Assembly: GCA_965247095.1 (NCBI GenBank)
Contig: OZ251997.1
Span: 928,001 to 992,000 of the forward strand
DNA from: Candidatus Multivorans sp.
GTDB lineage: Bacteria; Acidobacteriota; Thermoanaerobaculia; Multivoradales; Multivoraceae
Direction: 5' to 3'
DNA: 64,000 nt
Part shown: positions 29,125 through 38,088 of the stretch, piece by piece
Numbering within the stretch: the first letter of the stretch is position 1
Layout: each line of letters opens with the position of its first letter
Position numbers and translations under genes: made by a program
Notes under the pieces: model-generated
What the model saw: the letters and a program-made list of their open reading frames with translations, nothing else
Database searches by the model: none
What the model was told of the DNA's origin: nothing

Positions 29125-31386
29125 ATGGGTCTGCTGGCGCCTCTCTTCCTGCTCGGCCTGGCCGCGGTCGCGGTGCCGGTGATCATCCACATGCGTCTGC
29201 GTCACCGTAGTCAGGTGGTCGCGTTCCCGTCCCTGATGTTCATCTCCAGGGCGCCCTACCGATCCGTTCGCCGGCGCCGTCTGCGCGATCTGCTGCTTCT
29301 GGCTCTGCGCTGCCTGGCGCTGGCGCTCCTGGCTGTGGCCTTTGCTCGGCCTCTGTTTCAGGGCGACGGGGCGGCCAACGCCGCCGCCGCCAACCGGCTG
29401 ACCGTCGTGCTGCTGGACAACTCGTTCAGCATGGGCTTCGGCGACAGGTGGCAGCGAGGCACGACGGCGGCGGCTTCGGCGTTTGACGGGCTGGGTACGG
29501 GAGATCGCGGCGCCCTGATCGTCTACTCGGATCGGGCGGAGATGCTGAGTGCGCCGACATCGGACGGATCCCTGCTGGCGACCCTGGCGAGGGAGGCGGA
29601 ACTGGTTCCCCGCGCCACGTCGCTGCTGCCCGCGATTCAGGTGGCCCGTGGGGTGCTCGCGGACGCGGGAAGCCTCGCCGTGAGGGAGCTCGTGATCGTC
29701 AGCGACCTCCAGCGTTCGTCTTGGGCGCCCGACAACGCGGCGTTGTTGCCCCAGGGCGTCGAACTGCGTCTGGTCGATGTCCGTTCGGAGGAGGAGGACC
29801 GGGGCAATGCCGCCGTCACCGACGTGGTGCTCGATCACTCTCGCGTGTCTTCCTCCGAGTCCGGAGGGGGCGCGCGGGAACAGGTGGGCATCGCGGCGCG
29901 CGTCAGCTACCAGAGTGTCGGCGGAGCAGCCGACGAGGATGGAGCAGCCGCGACCCTGCGGGCGGAAGTCGACCTGCTCTTCGACGGAGAGGTCATCCAG
30001 ACCCGGGCTGTGGAACTGCCGCTCGACTCCTCGACCATGGTCAATTTCGCGCCCGAGGTCCTGGAGCGGGAGCGCACCACCCGGGGCACGGTGCGGCTCC
30101 GGGAGGACGCTCTGGATACCGACAACGAGTTCCACTTCGTGCTGTCTCCCGCGCACGAAGTCGGAGTGCTGGTCATCGAGCCCGGGGGTGACCGGCGGCG
30201 CGGCCGCTACCTCGAGGAGGCGCTGTCGCTCGGCCGCCGTCCGTTCCTGCGGGTGAACAGAGTCCAGGCTTCCGGTTTTGAGCCGACGATGCTGGAAGGC
30301 AAGTCCGTCGTCGTGATCAACGACGCGGCGCAGCAGCTCCCCTCCGCGGCCGTCGCGGCGGTCCTCCGCTTCGTCCGTGAAGGGGGCGGCCTGCTGCTCG
30401 GGGTCGAGCGCGGCCTGAACTCGACTTCGGCTCTGCTCGGGGAGTTCGGGGTCGAAAGCTCGCAGCAGGTGGACCGGTTGTCCGGCACGCCCGGTTCTCT
30501 GGCCTGGTTCGACACCGGCCACCCGGTCTTCGACGTCTTCGCCACGGCGCGGAGCGGGGACTTCTCGTCGGCGTCGTTCTTCCGCTACCACCGCCTGGAG
30601 ACACCCGAAGGGGCGCTTCCGATCGCCCTTTTCGACGACGGCTCGCCGGCTCTGCTCGACCTGATGCCCGCGGTGTCGGAGGACTCGGCCTCGGGGGCCG
30701 TCGACGGCAAGGGCGGGCGCGTGCTGGTGTTGCCCACGTCGTTCGACACCTTCTGGAACACCCTGCCGCTGCAGGCGGTGTTCGTTCCCTTCGTGCATCG
30801 TTCGGCGCAGTACCTGGCCGGCTACTCGTTGCCCCGTTCGTGGTACCGCGTCGGCGAGGTCGCCTCGGTCGAGTTGCCCGGACCGGCGGGAGGCGAGGGC
30901 GACGGCTACATCTCGGTCGCTCCGTCCGGCCGCGAGCGCCGCCTCGGCACAGGTGGAAGCGATCTTCTGCTCGATGTGGAGGAGCCGGGCTTCTACGACT
31001 TTCGCGAAGTGCGGGCGGACGTTACAGCCCAGCGTCTGACACTTGCGGCCAACGTGCCGGTGTTGGAGTCGGACCTGGGCGCACTCGACCTCGACGAGTT
31101 CATGTCCCGAATCAGACCCGACCAGGCTGAAGACGCAGCGGCCGACCTGGAGAGCGCTACAACACCCGAAGAGCGGGAGGGGCGGCAGCGCCTCTGGTGG
31201 TATCTGATCGCCGCGGCGGCGGTGGTTCTGGCCGCCGAGGGCCTGTTCGGGAACCGTCGGCGGGCGGCTGCGACGCCGATCGTGACAGCATGGAGTTCCA
31301 TCCCCGCGCCCGATGACGGGCACGGGGACTGGTTCACGGTTCGCGCGGGGACGCGCCAACCGGGTTCCACCGGCGGGGAGACGTGA
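29125..31386 (+). CDS. BatA N-terminal domain + VWA + GATase-like membrane protein
   Basis: LFLLGLAAVAVPVIIH...FPSLMF...LLLALR..A...FARP, LLDNSFSM MIDAS, SDLQ, DN, ESDL and a C-terminal TM helix. Confidence 0.85.
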   Translation: MGLLAPLFLLGLAAVAVPVIIHMRLRHRSQVVAFPSLMFISRAPYRSVRRRRLRDLLLLALRCLALALLAVAFARPLFQGDGAANAAAANRLTVVLLDNSFSMGFGDRWQRGTTAAASAFDGLGTGDRGALIVYSDRAEMLSAPTSDGSLLATLAREAELVPRATSLLPAIQVARGVLADAGSLAVRELVIVSDLQRSSWAPDNAALLPQGVELRLVDVRSEEEDRGNAAVTDVVLDHSRVSSSESGGGAREQVGIAARVSYQSVGGAADEDGAAATLRAEVDLLFDGEVIQTRAVELPLDSSTMVNFAPEVLERERTTRGTVRLREDALDTDNEFHFVLSPAHEVGVLVIEPGGDRRRGRYLEEALSLGRRPFLRVNRVQASGFEPTMLEGKSVVVINDAAQQLPSAAVAAVLRFVREGGGLLLGVERGLNSTSALLGEFGVESSQQVDRLSGTPGSLAWFDTGHPVFDVFATARSGDFSSASFFRYHRLETPEGALPIALFDDGSPALLDLMPAVSEDSASGAVDGKGGRVLVLPTSFDTFWNTLPLQAVFVPFVHRSAQYLAGYSLPRSWYRVGEVASVELPGPAGGEGDGYISVAPSGRERRLGTGGSDLLLDVEEPGFYDFREVRADVTAQRLTLAANVPVLESDLGALDLDEFMSRIRPDQAEDAAADLESATTPEEREGRQRLWWYLIAAAAVVLAAEGLFGNRRRAAATPIVTAWSSIPAPDDGHGDWFTVRAGTRQPGSTGGET
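31298..31368 (+). repeat. Two-hairpin ~70 bp repeat, copy A (inside the BatA CDS, in frame)
   Basis: CCATCCCCGCGCCCG-ATGA-CGGGCACGGGGA-CTGGTTCA-CGGTTCGCGCG-GGGA-CGCGCCAACCG-GGTTCC; aligns with 48846..48915 (+) and 36693..36765 (-). Confidence 0.8.
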
Positions 31387-34300
31387 TGGCAGCCAGCTTC
31401 GATCCCATCTACGACCCGACCTACGGCGAACTGATGAGCGTGATCCGGCGCGTGCGCGCGCGCTGGCGCGTGAAGGTGGCCTTGCGCGGCCTCGTCATGG
31501 TGGCGGTGGCCGGATTCGTCGCCTTTGCGATGTCCGTATGGGGCATGGACTACTTCCTCTACAGCGAGCGGGCTGTCCAGATCTTCCGCTGGCTCACCTA
31601 TGTGGCCCTGATCGGGCTTGCCGTTCGGCTGTTGGTGGCGCCCCTGGTTCAGCGGGTGTCCAAGCAGCAGGTGGCGCTCTACGTCGAAGAGCACGAGCCG
31701 ACGCTCCGGGCCTCGGTCCTGAGCGCGGTCGAACTCGGACCGGTGCAGCACGGTTCGCCCCGCGATACGGAGCGGGTATCGCCCGAGCTCCAGCGGCGGG
31801 TCCTGGAAGAAGCGATCGAGCGCTGCCAGAACAGCGGCTTTGCTTCCCGCATCGAGCGTGGATCGCTGCGCCGCTTCTCGGCAGCCCTGGCGGGAGTGGC
31901 GGGCGCGGGCATGGCCGCGGTCCTGCTCAGCCCCGCTTTCCTGCAACACGGCGCCATGCTGCTGTTCGCGCCCTGGCGGGCGGCGGCGGCGGACAATCCC
32001 TACCAGTTGCGGGTGGGGCCGGGCAACGTGACCGTGGCGCGTGGATCGGACCAGTTGATCAGCGCGGCCGTCCTGGGCTTCGATCCGGAGCGGGTTGAGG
32101 TCGGACTCCGCCCACTGGATGCGAGCGGCAACGCCCAGGGCGACTGGCAGCAGTGGCCCATGAACCGCGTGAACGCCGAGATCGACCTCGACGCCGATCT
32201 GATGATCGGCGATGTGCGGGCCAGCCACGACTTCATTGCCCTGAACCTGCGCGCCGACACGGACTACTACGTCGACGCGTCCGGCGTGCGCTCGCCGATC
32301 TACCGCATCCGGGTCAAGGATCTGCCCTACGTGGAGCAGATCGACCTGGAGTACAGGTTCCCGGCGTACAGCGGTCTGTCCGACCGGACGGTCGAAGACG
32401 GCGGAGACATCGCCGTGCTCGAGGGCACGGAGGTCCTGTTCGGCATCCTGCCGATCTTCGAGGTGCCGGAAGGACGGCTTCTGATCGAGGGCGAGGAGCC
32501 GATCGACCTCAGTGCCGGAAGCGAAAGGCTGTCGGCCGCCTACACGATCAGCGGCAATACGTACTACCGCATCGAGTTGATGGACGACGAGGGCCGGTGG
32601 CGCCGGGCTTCGGCGGAATACATGATCACCGCGCTCGAGGATCAGCCGCCGATCGTCCGTTTCACCAGTCCCGGCCGGGACATCCAGGTGACGCTGGTCG
32701 ATGAAGTGTTCGCCCAGGTGGAGGCCGAGGACGACTACGGTGTGAGTCGTCTGGGCATTCGCTACACGGTGAACGGCGGCGAGGAGACCGCGCTGAACCT
32801 TGTGGACAGCCGCTCCGCGATGAAGAAGGTCAGCGCCGGGCATACGTTCTTCCTGGAGGAGATGGATTTGCAAGTAGGGGATTCGATCTCCTACTACGCC
32901 GAGGCCTGGGATCGCGGGCGCTCGAAGCCTGTGGTCAGCGACATCTACTTCCTGGAGATCAGGCCCTTCGATCGGAACTACAAGCAGGCCGAGCAGGGCG
33001 GCGGCGGCATGGGTGGCGCCGGCGGTTTCGACAACACGCTGTCGGTGCAGCAGAAGATGATCGTCTCGGCCACCTTCCGGCTGGTCAGGGACGCGGAGGA
33101 GTACAGCCGCCAGGAACTGTCCGAGAACCTGACCACGATCGCCCTGATGCAGGAACGGCTGCGGGAGCAGGTGGGCTCGCTGATCACGCGGATGGGCAAC
33201 CGCGGCCAGCAGTTGCTCGGGGACGAGGAGTTCTCCACGATCATCGAGTTCCTTCAACAGGCGGGCACGGAGATGGCAGCCGCCCAAGGGGAACTCGAGG
33301 CGGAGCGGCCCGACGAGGCGATGCCGGTGGAGAAGCAGGCCCTGGCCTCGCTGCAGCGAGCGGAATCGGCGTTTCGCGAACTGACGGTTTCGTTCCAGCA
33401 GGGCGGCGGCGGTGGCGGCGGCGGAAACCAGCAGCTATCGGAGGACCTCGCCGATCTGTTCGAGCTGGAGCTCGACAAGCTGCGCAACCAGTACGAGACG
33501 GTCCAGCGCGGCGCCGCCGAGCAGGCGCAGGCCGAGATCGACGAATTGATGCAGAAGTTGCGCGAGCTGGCCCGCCGTCAGCAGCGCGAGAACGAACGCC
33601 AGAACCGGCTGCGCGGCCGGCAGCAGCAGGGCGGCGGCGGCGGCGGCGGTCAGCAGCAACTGATCGACGAGACCGAGGAGTTGGCGAGGCGGCTGGAACG
33701 GTTGGCGCGTGAGCAGCAGCGTTCGGAACTCCAGCAGACGACCCAGGCGTTGCGGGAGGCCGTCGAGCAGATGCAGCGCTCACAGGCCGGCTCCTCCGGT
33801 TCGCAGTCGAGTGCCGGGGCGCAGGGGCTCGCGGCCCTGGACAAGCTGCGCGATGCGCGCCGCCTGCTGGCCCGCAACCGCCGCCAGCAGCTCGGCCGGG
33901 ACATGGAGGAACTGCAGCAGCGCGCCGAGCGGGTGTCGCAGATGCAGAGCCGGATCGAGGAGCAGGTCGAAGAGCTGGCGGGTCAGGAGGGCGATGACGG
34001 CCGGCGACGGAGCGGCCTCACGGCGCAGGAACGTTCGGAGTTGATCGAGCGGATCATGGAGCGCAAGGATCGCTTGACCGATGAGGTGGGCGGCCTGGAA
34101 GCCCAGCTCAACCGGATGACGAGGAGCGCCCGCGAGGAGCAGCCGGAGGCGGCGCGCAAGCTGCAGGCGTCGGCGGACGTGATTCGGGACGAGCAGTTGA
34201 AGGAGAAGATCCGCTACTCGAAGGGTGTGCTGGCGGGCCGTGACGCGGAGTTTGCGCGCCTGTTCGAGGGTCAGATCCGCCAGGACATCGACGAGGTGAC

Positions 34301-35045
34301 CGAGCGGATTGCCGAAGCACGGGAGAGCGTCGGTGAAGGGGGAAGCGATCGCCAGGACCGGATGCTCGAGCAGACTCGCGATCTGGTCGAGAACCTGTCT
34401 TCTTTCGAGGCCCGTCTACGTGACCGGGCCGAGGCCGGCGCCAGGCTTGGCCAGAGTCCCGGTCAACGAGGCGAACAGGAGGGCGGCGAGCAGCCGGGCG
34501 GCGACCAACAAGACGGCGACCAACAAGGCGGTGAGCAGCAGGGCGGCCAGCAGCAGGGCGGCAGTCAACAGGGCGGTCAGCCGGGAGATGCCTCAGAGAG
34601 CGGCGGCGCGCGCAACCGGGACGGCGGCGCAAGGAACTGGGGTCGTCCCAACCAGTACGGATCGAGCTCGGGCGGCTGGTACCAGCCCGGCATCTTCACC
34701 GCCGAGGACCTGCGCCAGGCTGAACGTGAGTTCGATCAGCGGCAGCAGGACCTCGAGGCCTTGAGAGGCGAGCTCCGACGCGAACGGATGGACACCGCCG
34801 ACCTGGATCAGCTCCTGCGCCAGATGGGCGATCTGAACCTGCTCGGGCTCAACCGGGATCCCCTCGCCCTCGAGTCCCTCCGCCGCGACATCGTCGAAGG
34901 GCTCCGGCAGTTCGAATACCGTCTGTGGCGCGATCTGCGCGGCGCCGACACCGAACGCGTCTACCAGGGCAATTCCGACCAGGTCCCGGCCGGCTACCGC
35001 GAACTCGTCGACGAGTACTTCCGCAAGCTCGCCAACGAGAGTTAG
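31383..35045 (+). CDS. Large membrane-anchored Ig-like/coiled-coil protein (DUF4175-like)
   Basis: N-terminal TMs, D.PP.V.F..PGRD, AEDDYG, YYAEA.D, long Q/E coiled coils, C-terminal VPAGYRELVDEYFRKLA. Confidence 0.78.
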   Translation: MMAASFDPIYDPTYGELMSVIRRVRARWRVKVALRGLVMVAVAGFVAFAMSVWGMDYFLYSERAVQIFRWLTYVALIGLAVRLLVAPLVQRVSKQQVALYVEEHEPTLRASVLSAVELGPVQHGSPRDTERVSPELQRRVLEEAIERCQNSGFASRIERGSLRRFSAALAGVAGAGMAAVLLSPAFLQHGAMLLFAPWRAAAADNPYQLRVGPGNVTVARGSDQLISAAVLGFDPERVEVGLRPLDASGNAQGDWQQWPMNRVNAEIDLDADLMIGDVRASHDFIALNLRADTDYYVDASGVRSPIYRIRVKDLPYVEQIDLEYRFPAYSGLSDRTVEDGGDIAVLEGTEVLFGILPIFEVPEGRLLIEGEEPIDLSAGSERLSAAYTISGNTYYRIELMDDEGRWRRASAEYMITALEDQPPIVRFTSPGRDIQVTLVDEVFAQVEAEDDYGVSRLGIRYTVNGGEETALNLVDSRSAMKKVSAGHTFFLEEMDLQVGDSISYYAEAWDRGRSKPVVSDIYFLEIRPFDRNYKQAEQGGGGMGGAGGFDNTLSVQQKMIVSATFRLVRDAEEYSRQELSENLTTIALMQERLREQVGSLITRMGNRGQQLLGDEEFSTIIEFLQQAGTEMAAAQGELEAERPDEAMPVEKQALASLQRAESAFRELTVSFQQGGGGGGGGNQQLSEDLADLFELELDKLRNQYETVQRGAAEQAQAEIDELMQKLRELARRQQRENERQNRLRGRQQQGGGGGGGQQQLIDETEELARRLERLAREQQRSELQQTTQALREAVEQMQRSQAGSSGSQSSAGAQGLAALDKLRDARRLLARNRRQQLGRDMEELQQRAERVSQMQSRIEEQVEELAGQEGDDGRRRSGLTAQERSELIERIMERKDRLTDEVGGLEAQLNRMTRSAREEQPEAARKLQASADVIRDEQLKEKIRYSKGVLAGRDAEFARLFEGQIRQDIDEVTERIAEARESVGEGGSDRQDRMLEQTRDLVENLSSFEARLRDRAEAGARLGQSPGQRGEQEGGEQPGGDQQDGDQQGGEQQGGQQQGGSQQGGQPGDASESGGARNRDGGARNWGRPNQYGSSSGGWYQPGIFTAEDLRQAEREFDQRQQDLEALRGELRRERMDTADLDQLLRQMGDLNLLGLNRDPLALESLRRDIVEGLRQFEYRLWRDLRGADTERVYQGNSDQVPAGYRELVDEYFRKLANES
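34461..34586 (+). repeat. Degenerate 15-nt coding tandem repeat (GG-E/D/Q-QQ pentapeptides)
   Basis: Encodes GQRGEQEGGEQPGGDQQDGDQQGGEQQGGQQQGGSQQGGQPG. Confidence 0.7.
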
Positions 35046-35090
35046 CGCCTGCGCGGGCTGGATGGCGCCTCGCCGCTGGGGGGGCAGACC

Positions 35091-35555
35091 TCAGGGCCGC
35101 TCCTTGAACAGGACGTGAACCGCGAAAGCTCTCCGGTCCCAGATGTCGGTGGTCTCGAAGTTCCTGACCGTGGTTCGTGCGTCCTCGATCCTGTCCAGGA
35201 CATCGGACTTGAAGAACGTCGTAGAAGGGTCGTAGTCGGCATGGCGCCGTTCGCGCTGAAGGTCTGCAAAGAGGTTCGCGAAGCGCCGTATTCGAGCGGG
35301 GAACATCCGCATCGTCCCGGTCCGCCCGCATGCACTCCTGGCCCGGCCATGGTCGAGCGCTCGGTAGGTCAGCTTCCAGGCATGTGTCATGCGGGCGTTC
35401 TTTCCGACCAGTGAGTCCGCGCAGCACCTCGCCAAACAGTGGAACAGCGCGTAGTACGCCGTGCTCACGGCGCGACGCAGATGCGTCTGCAACGGCCGCC
35501 CCGTACCGGCAGGAAGCTGCTGCTCCGCCGAGGCCAGGAGGTCAGATGCCTTCAG
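35091..35555 (-). CDS. HEPN-domain protein (putative toxin), probable CTG start
   Basis: LRRAVSTAYYALFH and LQRERRHADYDP motifs. The frame extends upstream of the tracked start as (L/M)KASDLLASAEQQL, with GGAG 9 nt before the CTG at 35555. Confidence 0.75.
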   Translation of the reverse strand: MKASDLLASAEQQLPAGTGRPLQTHLRRAVSTAYYALFHCLARCCADSLVGKNARMTHAWKLTYRALDHGRARSACGRTGTMRMFPARIRRFANLFADLQRERRHADYDPSTTFFKSDVLDRIEDARTTVRNFETTDIWDRRAFAVHVLFKERP

Positions 35556-35898
35556 GGCGCCAATCTCCGATGTCCGTCTTTGTAACGAAGTGCGTGCTGG
35601 GAAACACCTTCAGACGCCGGTCCCAGAGCGCGTCCTGAACCCGCGTGCGGAAGGAAAGCCTCGCCCGGGTATGGATCAGATCGGCCGCCTCGGCATCGTA
35701 GACGGCCCAGATGTCTACGACTTCGTCGCCGTACCAGGACCGGTCGGGCCGGACCCAAATGTCGATGAAGCGGACCTGCGGGAAGATCTCCTGGATGAGA
35801 CGGTCGACATCGTCCCTGACGTGGGGCAGTTCTTCCCGGAGACGTCGGCTGATCTCGTCGTAGGTGCTTACGTTCATTGGGGCCGAGTTCTCTTGCAT
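35542..35898 (-). CDS. Small acidic protein, putative antitoxin (degenerate nucleotidyltransferase-like)
   Basis: 118 aa, overlaps the HEPN start; AAAGGGG RBS; DIWV...GDEVVDIWAVYD...FP.THF pattern; no canonical GSxxxG. Confidence 0.55.
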   Translation of the reverse strand: MQENSAPMNVSTYDEISRRLREELPHVRDDVDRLIQEIFPQVRFIDIWVRPDRSWYGDEVVDIWAVYDAEAADLIHTRARLSFRTRVQDALWDRRLKVFPSTHFVTKTDIGDWRPEGI

Positions 35899-36085
35899 GA
35901 TGCACCCCTTTGAGGAGAGGCTAGCCTACTGATCTAGACGGATTCCGCCCTTGCGTTTGCGACGCCTTACCGATGGCACGACCGTGTACGTAAGGCCAGG
36001 GCGGGCGTTCTATGTTCCGCACGCATTCACTTCGCGGCGAAGGACGGTGGAGAGGGTGGCGCTAGTGAGAGGTCGCGTCCGATTC

Positions 36086-36319
36086 CTAGTGCAGCCTGGA
36101 CGCCGCTCTCTTCGTGCAGAGCGGCAGAAGGATCGCGTACGCCACGCCCTGCCATACCGCTGGGAGGCCGAGCGCCAAGCCGGAACTCCGGTCGTAGAGC
36201 ATGCACGTGAGCAGGACCGCCGTCGAGCCGATGAATACGGCGCCCGAGGCGAAGAGCAGGGGCGTTCGGCGAATCGTCCAGACCGGCTCGATCCGGTCCG
36301 CCTTCTGACGGTGTGGCAT
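36086..36319 (-). CDS. Possible small two-TM membrane protein
   Basis: MPHRQKAD...LLFASGAVFIGSTAVLLTCML...LALGLPAVWQGVAYAILLPLC has two hydrophobic segments; no recognised family. Confidence 0.3.
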   Translation of the reverse strand: MPHRQKADRIEPVWTIRRTPLLFASGAVFIGSTAVLLTCMLYDRSSGLALGLPAVWQGVAYAILLPLCTKRAASRLH

Positions 36320-36408
36320 CTCCAAGTCCTCCGCGCTTCTGCCCAAGGGATTCGCGACCGTGATTGTAGCGACCGTGAGTGCCCGAACGCGAAGGCTAGG
36401 ATTCCGGC

Positions 36409-36807
36409 ATGGTCGAGAAGGACGCGATGGTCGAGGAACTGACTCGAGTCCTGGACAAGGTGGCCGGGAAGTCGAGATTCAGGAGCGGAGGAAGACGCTG
36501 CCGAACTGGCCGCGTCATCAGGGCGTTGCTGGTGGAGTCCGAGTGGGGCGACGAGCACGAGATCTTTGACGACTTCGAGAAGCTGCTGTTGTGCCGTGCG
36601 GACCTCCGACTGATGATCTTGAACCGTGACGTCCAGCCGGCCCGGCCCGGGGAGTGGAGTGAGCGCCGACTCTCCAACCTCCGACCAAGTGCGAACCCGG
36701 GTGGCGCGATCCGCACCACCCGTGAACCAGTCCGTGCGCCCGTCAGCGGGCGCACGGATGGCACGGCCCTTGGGACACTCCCCTCCGCTCTCCGGGCCGG
36801 CGGGTGA
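36409..36807 (+). pseudogene. Remnant of a PD-(D/E)XK-like hypothetical gene
   Basis: LLVESEWGDEHEIFDDFEKLLLCRADLRLMI resembles a restriction-endonuclease-fold hypothetical family (from recall). Flanking translation is non-protein-like and runs into a repeat copy. Confidence 0.4.
36693..36765 (-). repeat. Two-hairpin ~70 bp repeat, copy C
   Basis: Reverse complement: CGTGCCATCCGTGCGCCCG-CTGA-CGGGCGCACGGA-CTGGTTCA-CGGGTGGTGCG-GAT-CGCGCCACCCG-GGTTC. Confidence 0.88.
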
Positions 36808-36861
36808 GCCCCGGCGGCGTGCCGAAGCCTCGTGCAGCGTCGGGACGCTGCGGTCGTTTCC

Positions 36862-38088
36862 TCAGGTCCCCGTCGGGATGTCGTTGTAGGGCACATCGCG
36901 GTCGACGCGAATCTCGCCGGGGAGGCCGAGGACGCGTTCGGCGATGATGTTGCGCAGGATCTCGTCGGTGCCGCCGGCGATGCGGAGGCCGGGGGAGTAG
37001 AGGTAGGACTGCTGGAAGAGGGCGGAGGCAGGCATCAGGGAGGGGTCGGTGATCACACCGCCCATGTCCATCAGGTCGGCGCCGAAGGAGGCCACGTTCT
37101 GCAGCTTCGAGGCGGAGACGAGTTTGCCGATCGAGTTCTCAGGCCCGGGGATCCGGCCCTGGGACAGGGCGGTCAGCGTGCGCGCCTTGGTGTGCTTCAT
37201 GCCCATCGATTCGACGTACCAGTCGGCGATCTTCTCTCGCACGGCGGAGTCGTCGATGGCCGGCCTGCCGTCGAGGAGGCAACCCGCGGCCAGCTTCATC
37301 ACTTCGCGGAAGTCCGGCGGCGGTGCGTCGCCGACGGCCAGGCGTTCGTTCATCAGGGTCGCGATCGTGACCTGCCAGCCCTCGCCGATCGCGCCGAGAC
37401 GCTGGGCGTCGGGCACCCGGACGTTGGTGAAGAAGACCTCGTTGAAGTTCGAGCCGCCGTTGATCTGCTTGATCGGCTTGACGTCGATTCCGGGCGACTT
37501 CATGTCGATGAAGAAGAAGGTCAGGCCCTTGTGCTTGGGCAGGGAGGAGTCGTGGCGGGCGACCAGGATGCCGTAGTCGGAGTAGTGGGCGCCCGAGGTC
37601 CAGGCCTTCTGGCCGTTGACGACCCAGTCGTCGCCGTCGCGGTGGCAGCGGGTCCGTAGCCCGGCGACGTCGGAACCGGCCGCCGGCTCGGAGAACAACT
37701 GGCACCAGACCTCCTGGCCGCGGATCATCGGCGGGATGTAACGCGACTGCTGTTCCTCGGTGGCGTACTTCGCCATGATCGGGCCGCACATGCCGAGCCC
37801 GATACCGAAGAAGCCGGTCGGAACATCGAAATGGGCCTCCTCCTGGTCGTAGATGATCGTTTCGAGCATCGGCCGGCTCTGGCCACCGTGCTCGGTCGGC
37901 CAGTGGCGGCAGGCGTAACCGGCCTCAGCCTTCTTGTTCTGCCACTTCTTGGCGAGGATGAGCCCTTCCTCGGCGTCCAGCCTGCGGCTAACGCTGGGGC
38001 GGTCCTTGCGCGGCGCCGCGTTGGCGCTAAGCCAGGCGCGGACCTCGGCTCGGTAGGCGGCCTGTTCCGGGGTGTCGTTGAAATTCAT
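36862..38088 (-). CDS. Acyl-CoA dehydrogenase (catalytic subunit)
   Basis: WCQLFSEPAAGSD, VNGQKAWTS, FNEVFF, L.NER and IAGGTDEILRNIIAERVLGLP motifs. Confidence 0.93.
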   Translation of the reverse strand: MNFNDTPEQAAYRAEVRAWLSANAAPRKDRPSVSRRLDAEEGLILAKKWQNKKAEAGYACRHWPTEHGGQSRPMLETIIYDQEEAHFDVPTGFFGIGLGMCGPIMAKYATEEQQSRYIPPMIRGQEVWCQLFSEPAAGSDVAGLRTRCHRDGDDWVVNGQKAWTSGAHYSDYGILVARHDSSLPKHKGLTFFFIDMKSPGIDVKPIKQINGGSNFNEVFFTNVRVPDAQRLGAIGEGWQVTIATLMNERLAVGDAPPPDFREVMKLAAGCLLDGRPAIDDSAVREKIADWYVESMGMKHTKARTLTALSQGRIPGPENSIGKLVSASKLQNVASFGADLMDMGGVITDPSLMPASALFQQSYLYSPGLRIAGGTDEILRNIIAERVLGLPGEIRVDRDVPYNDIPTGT

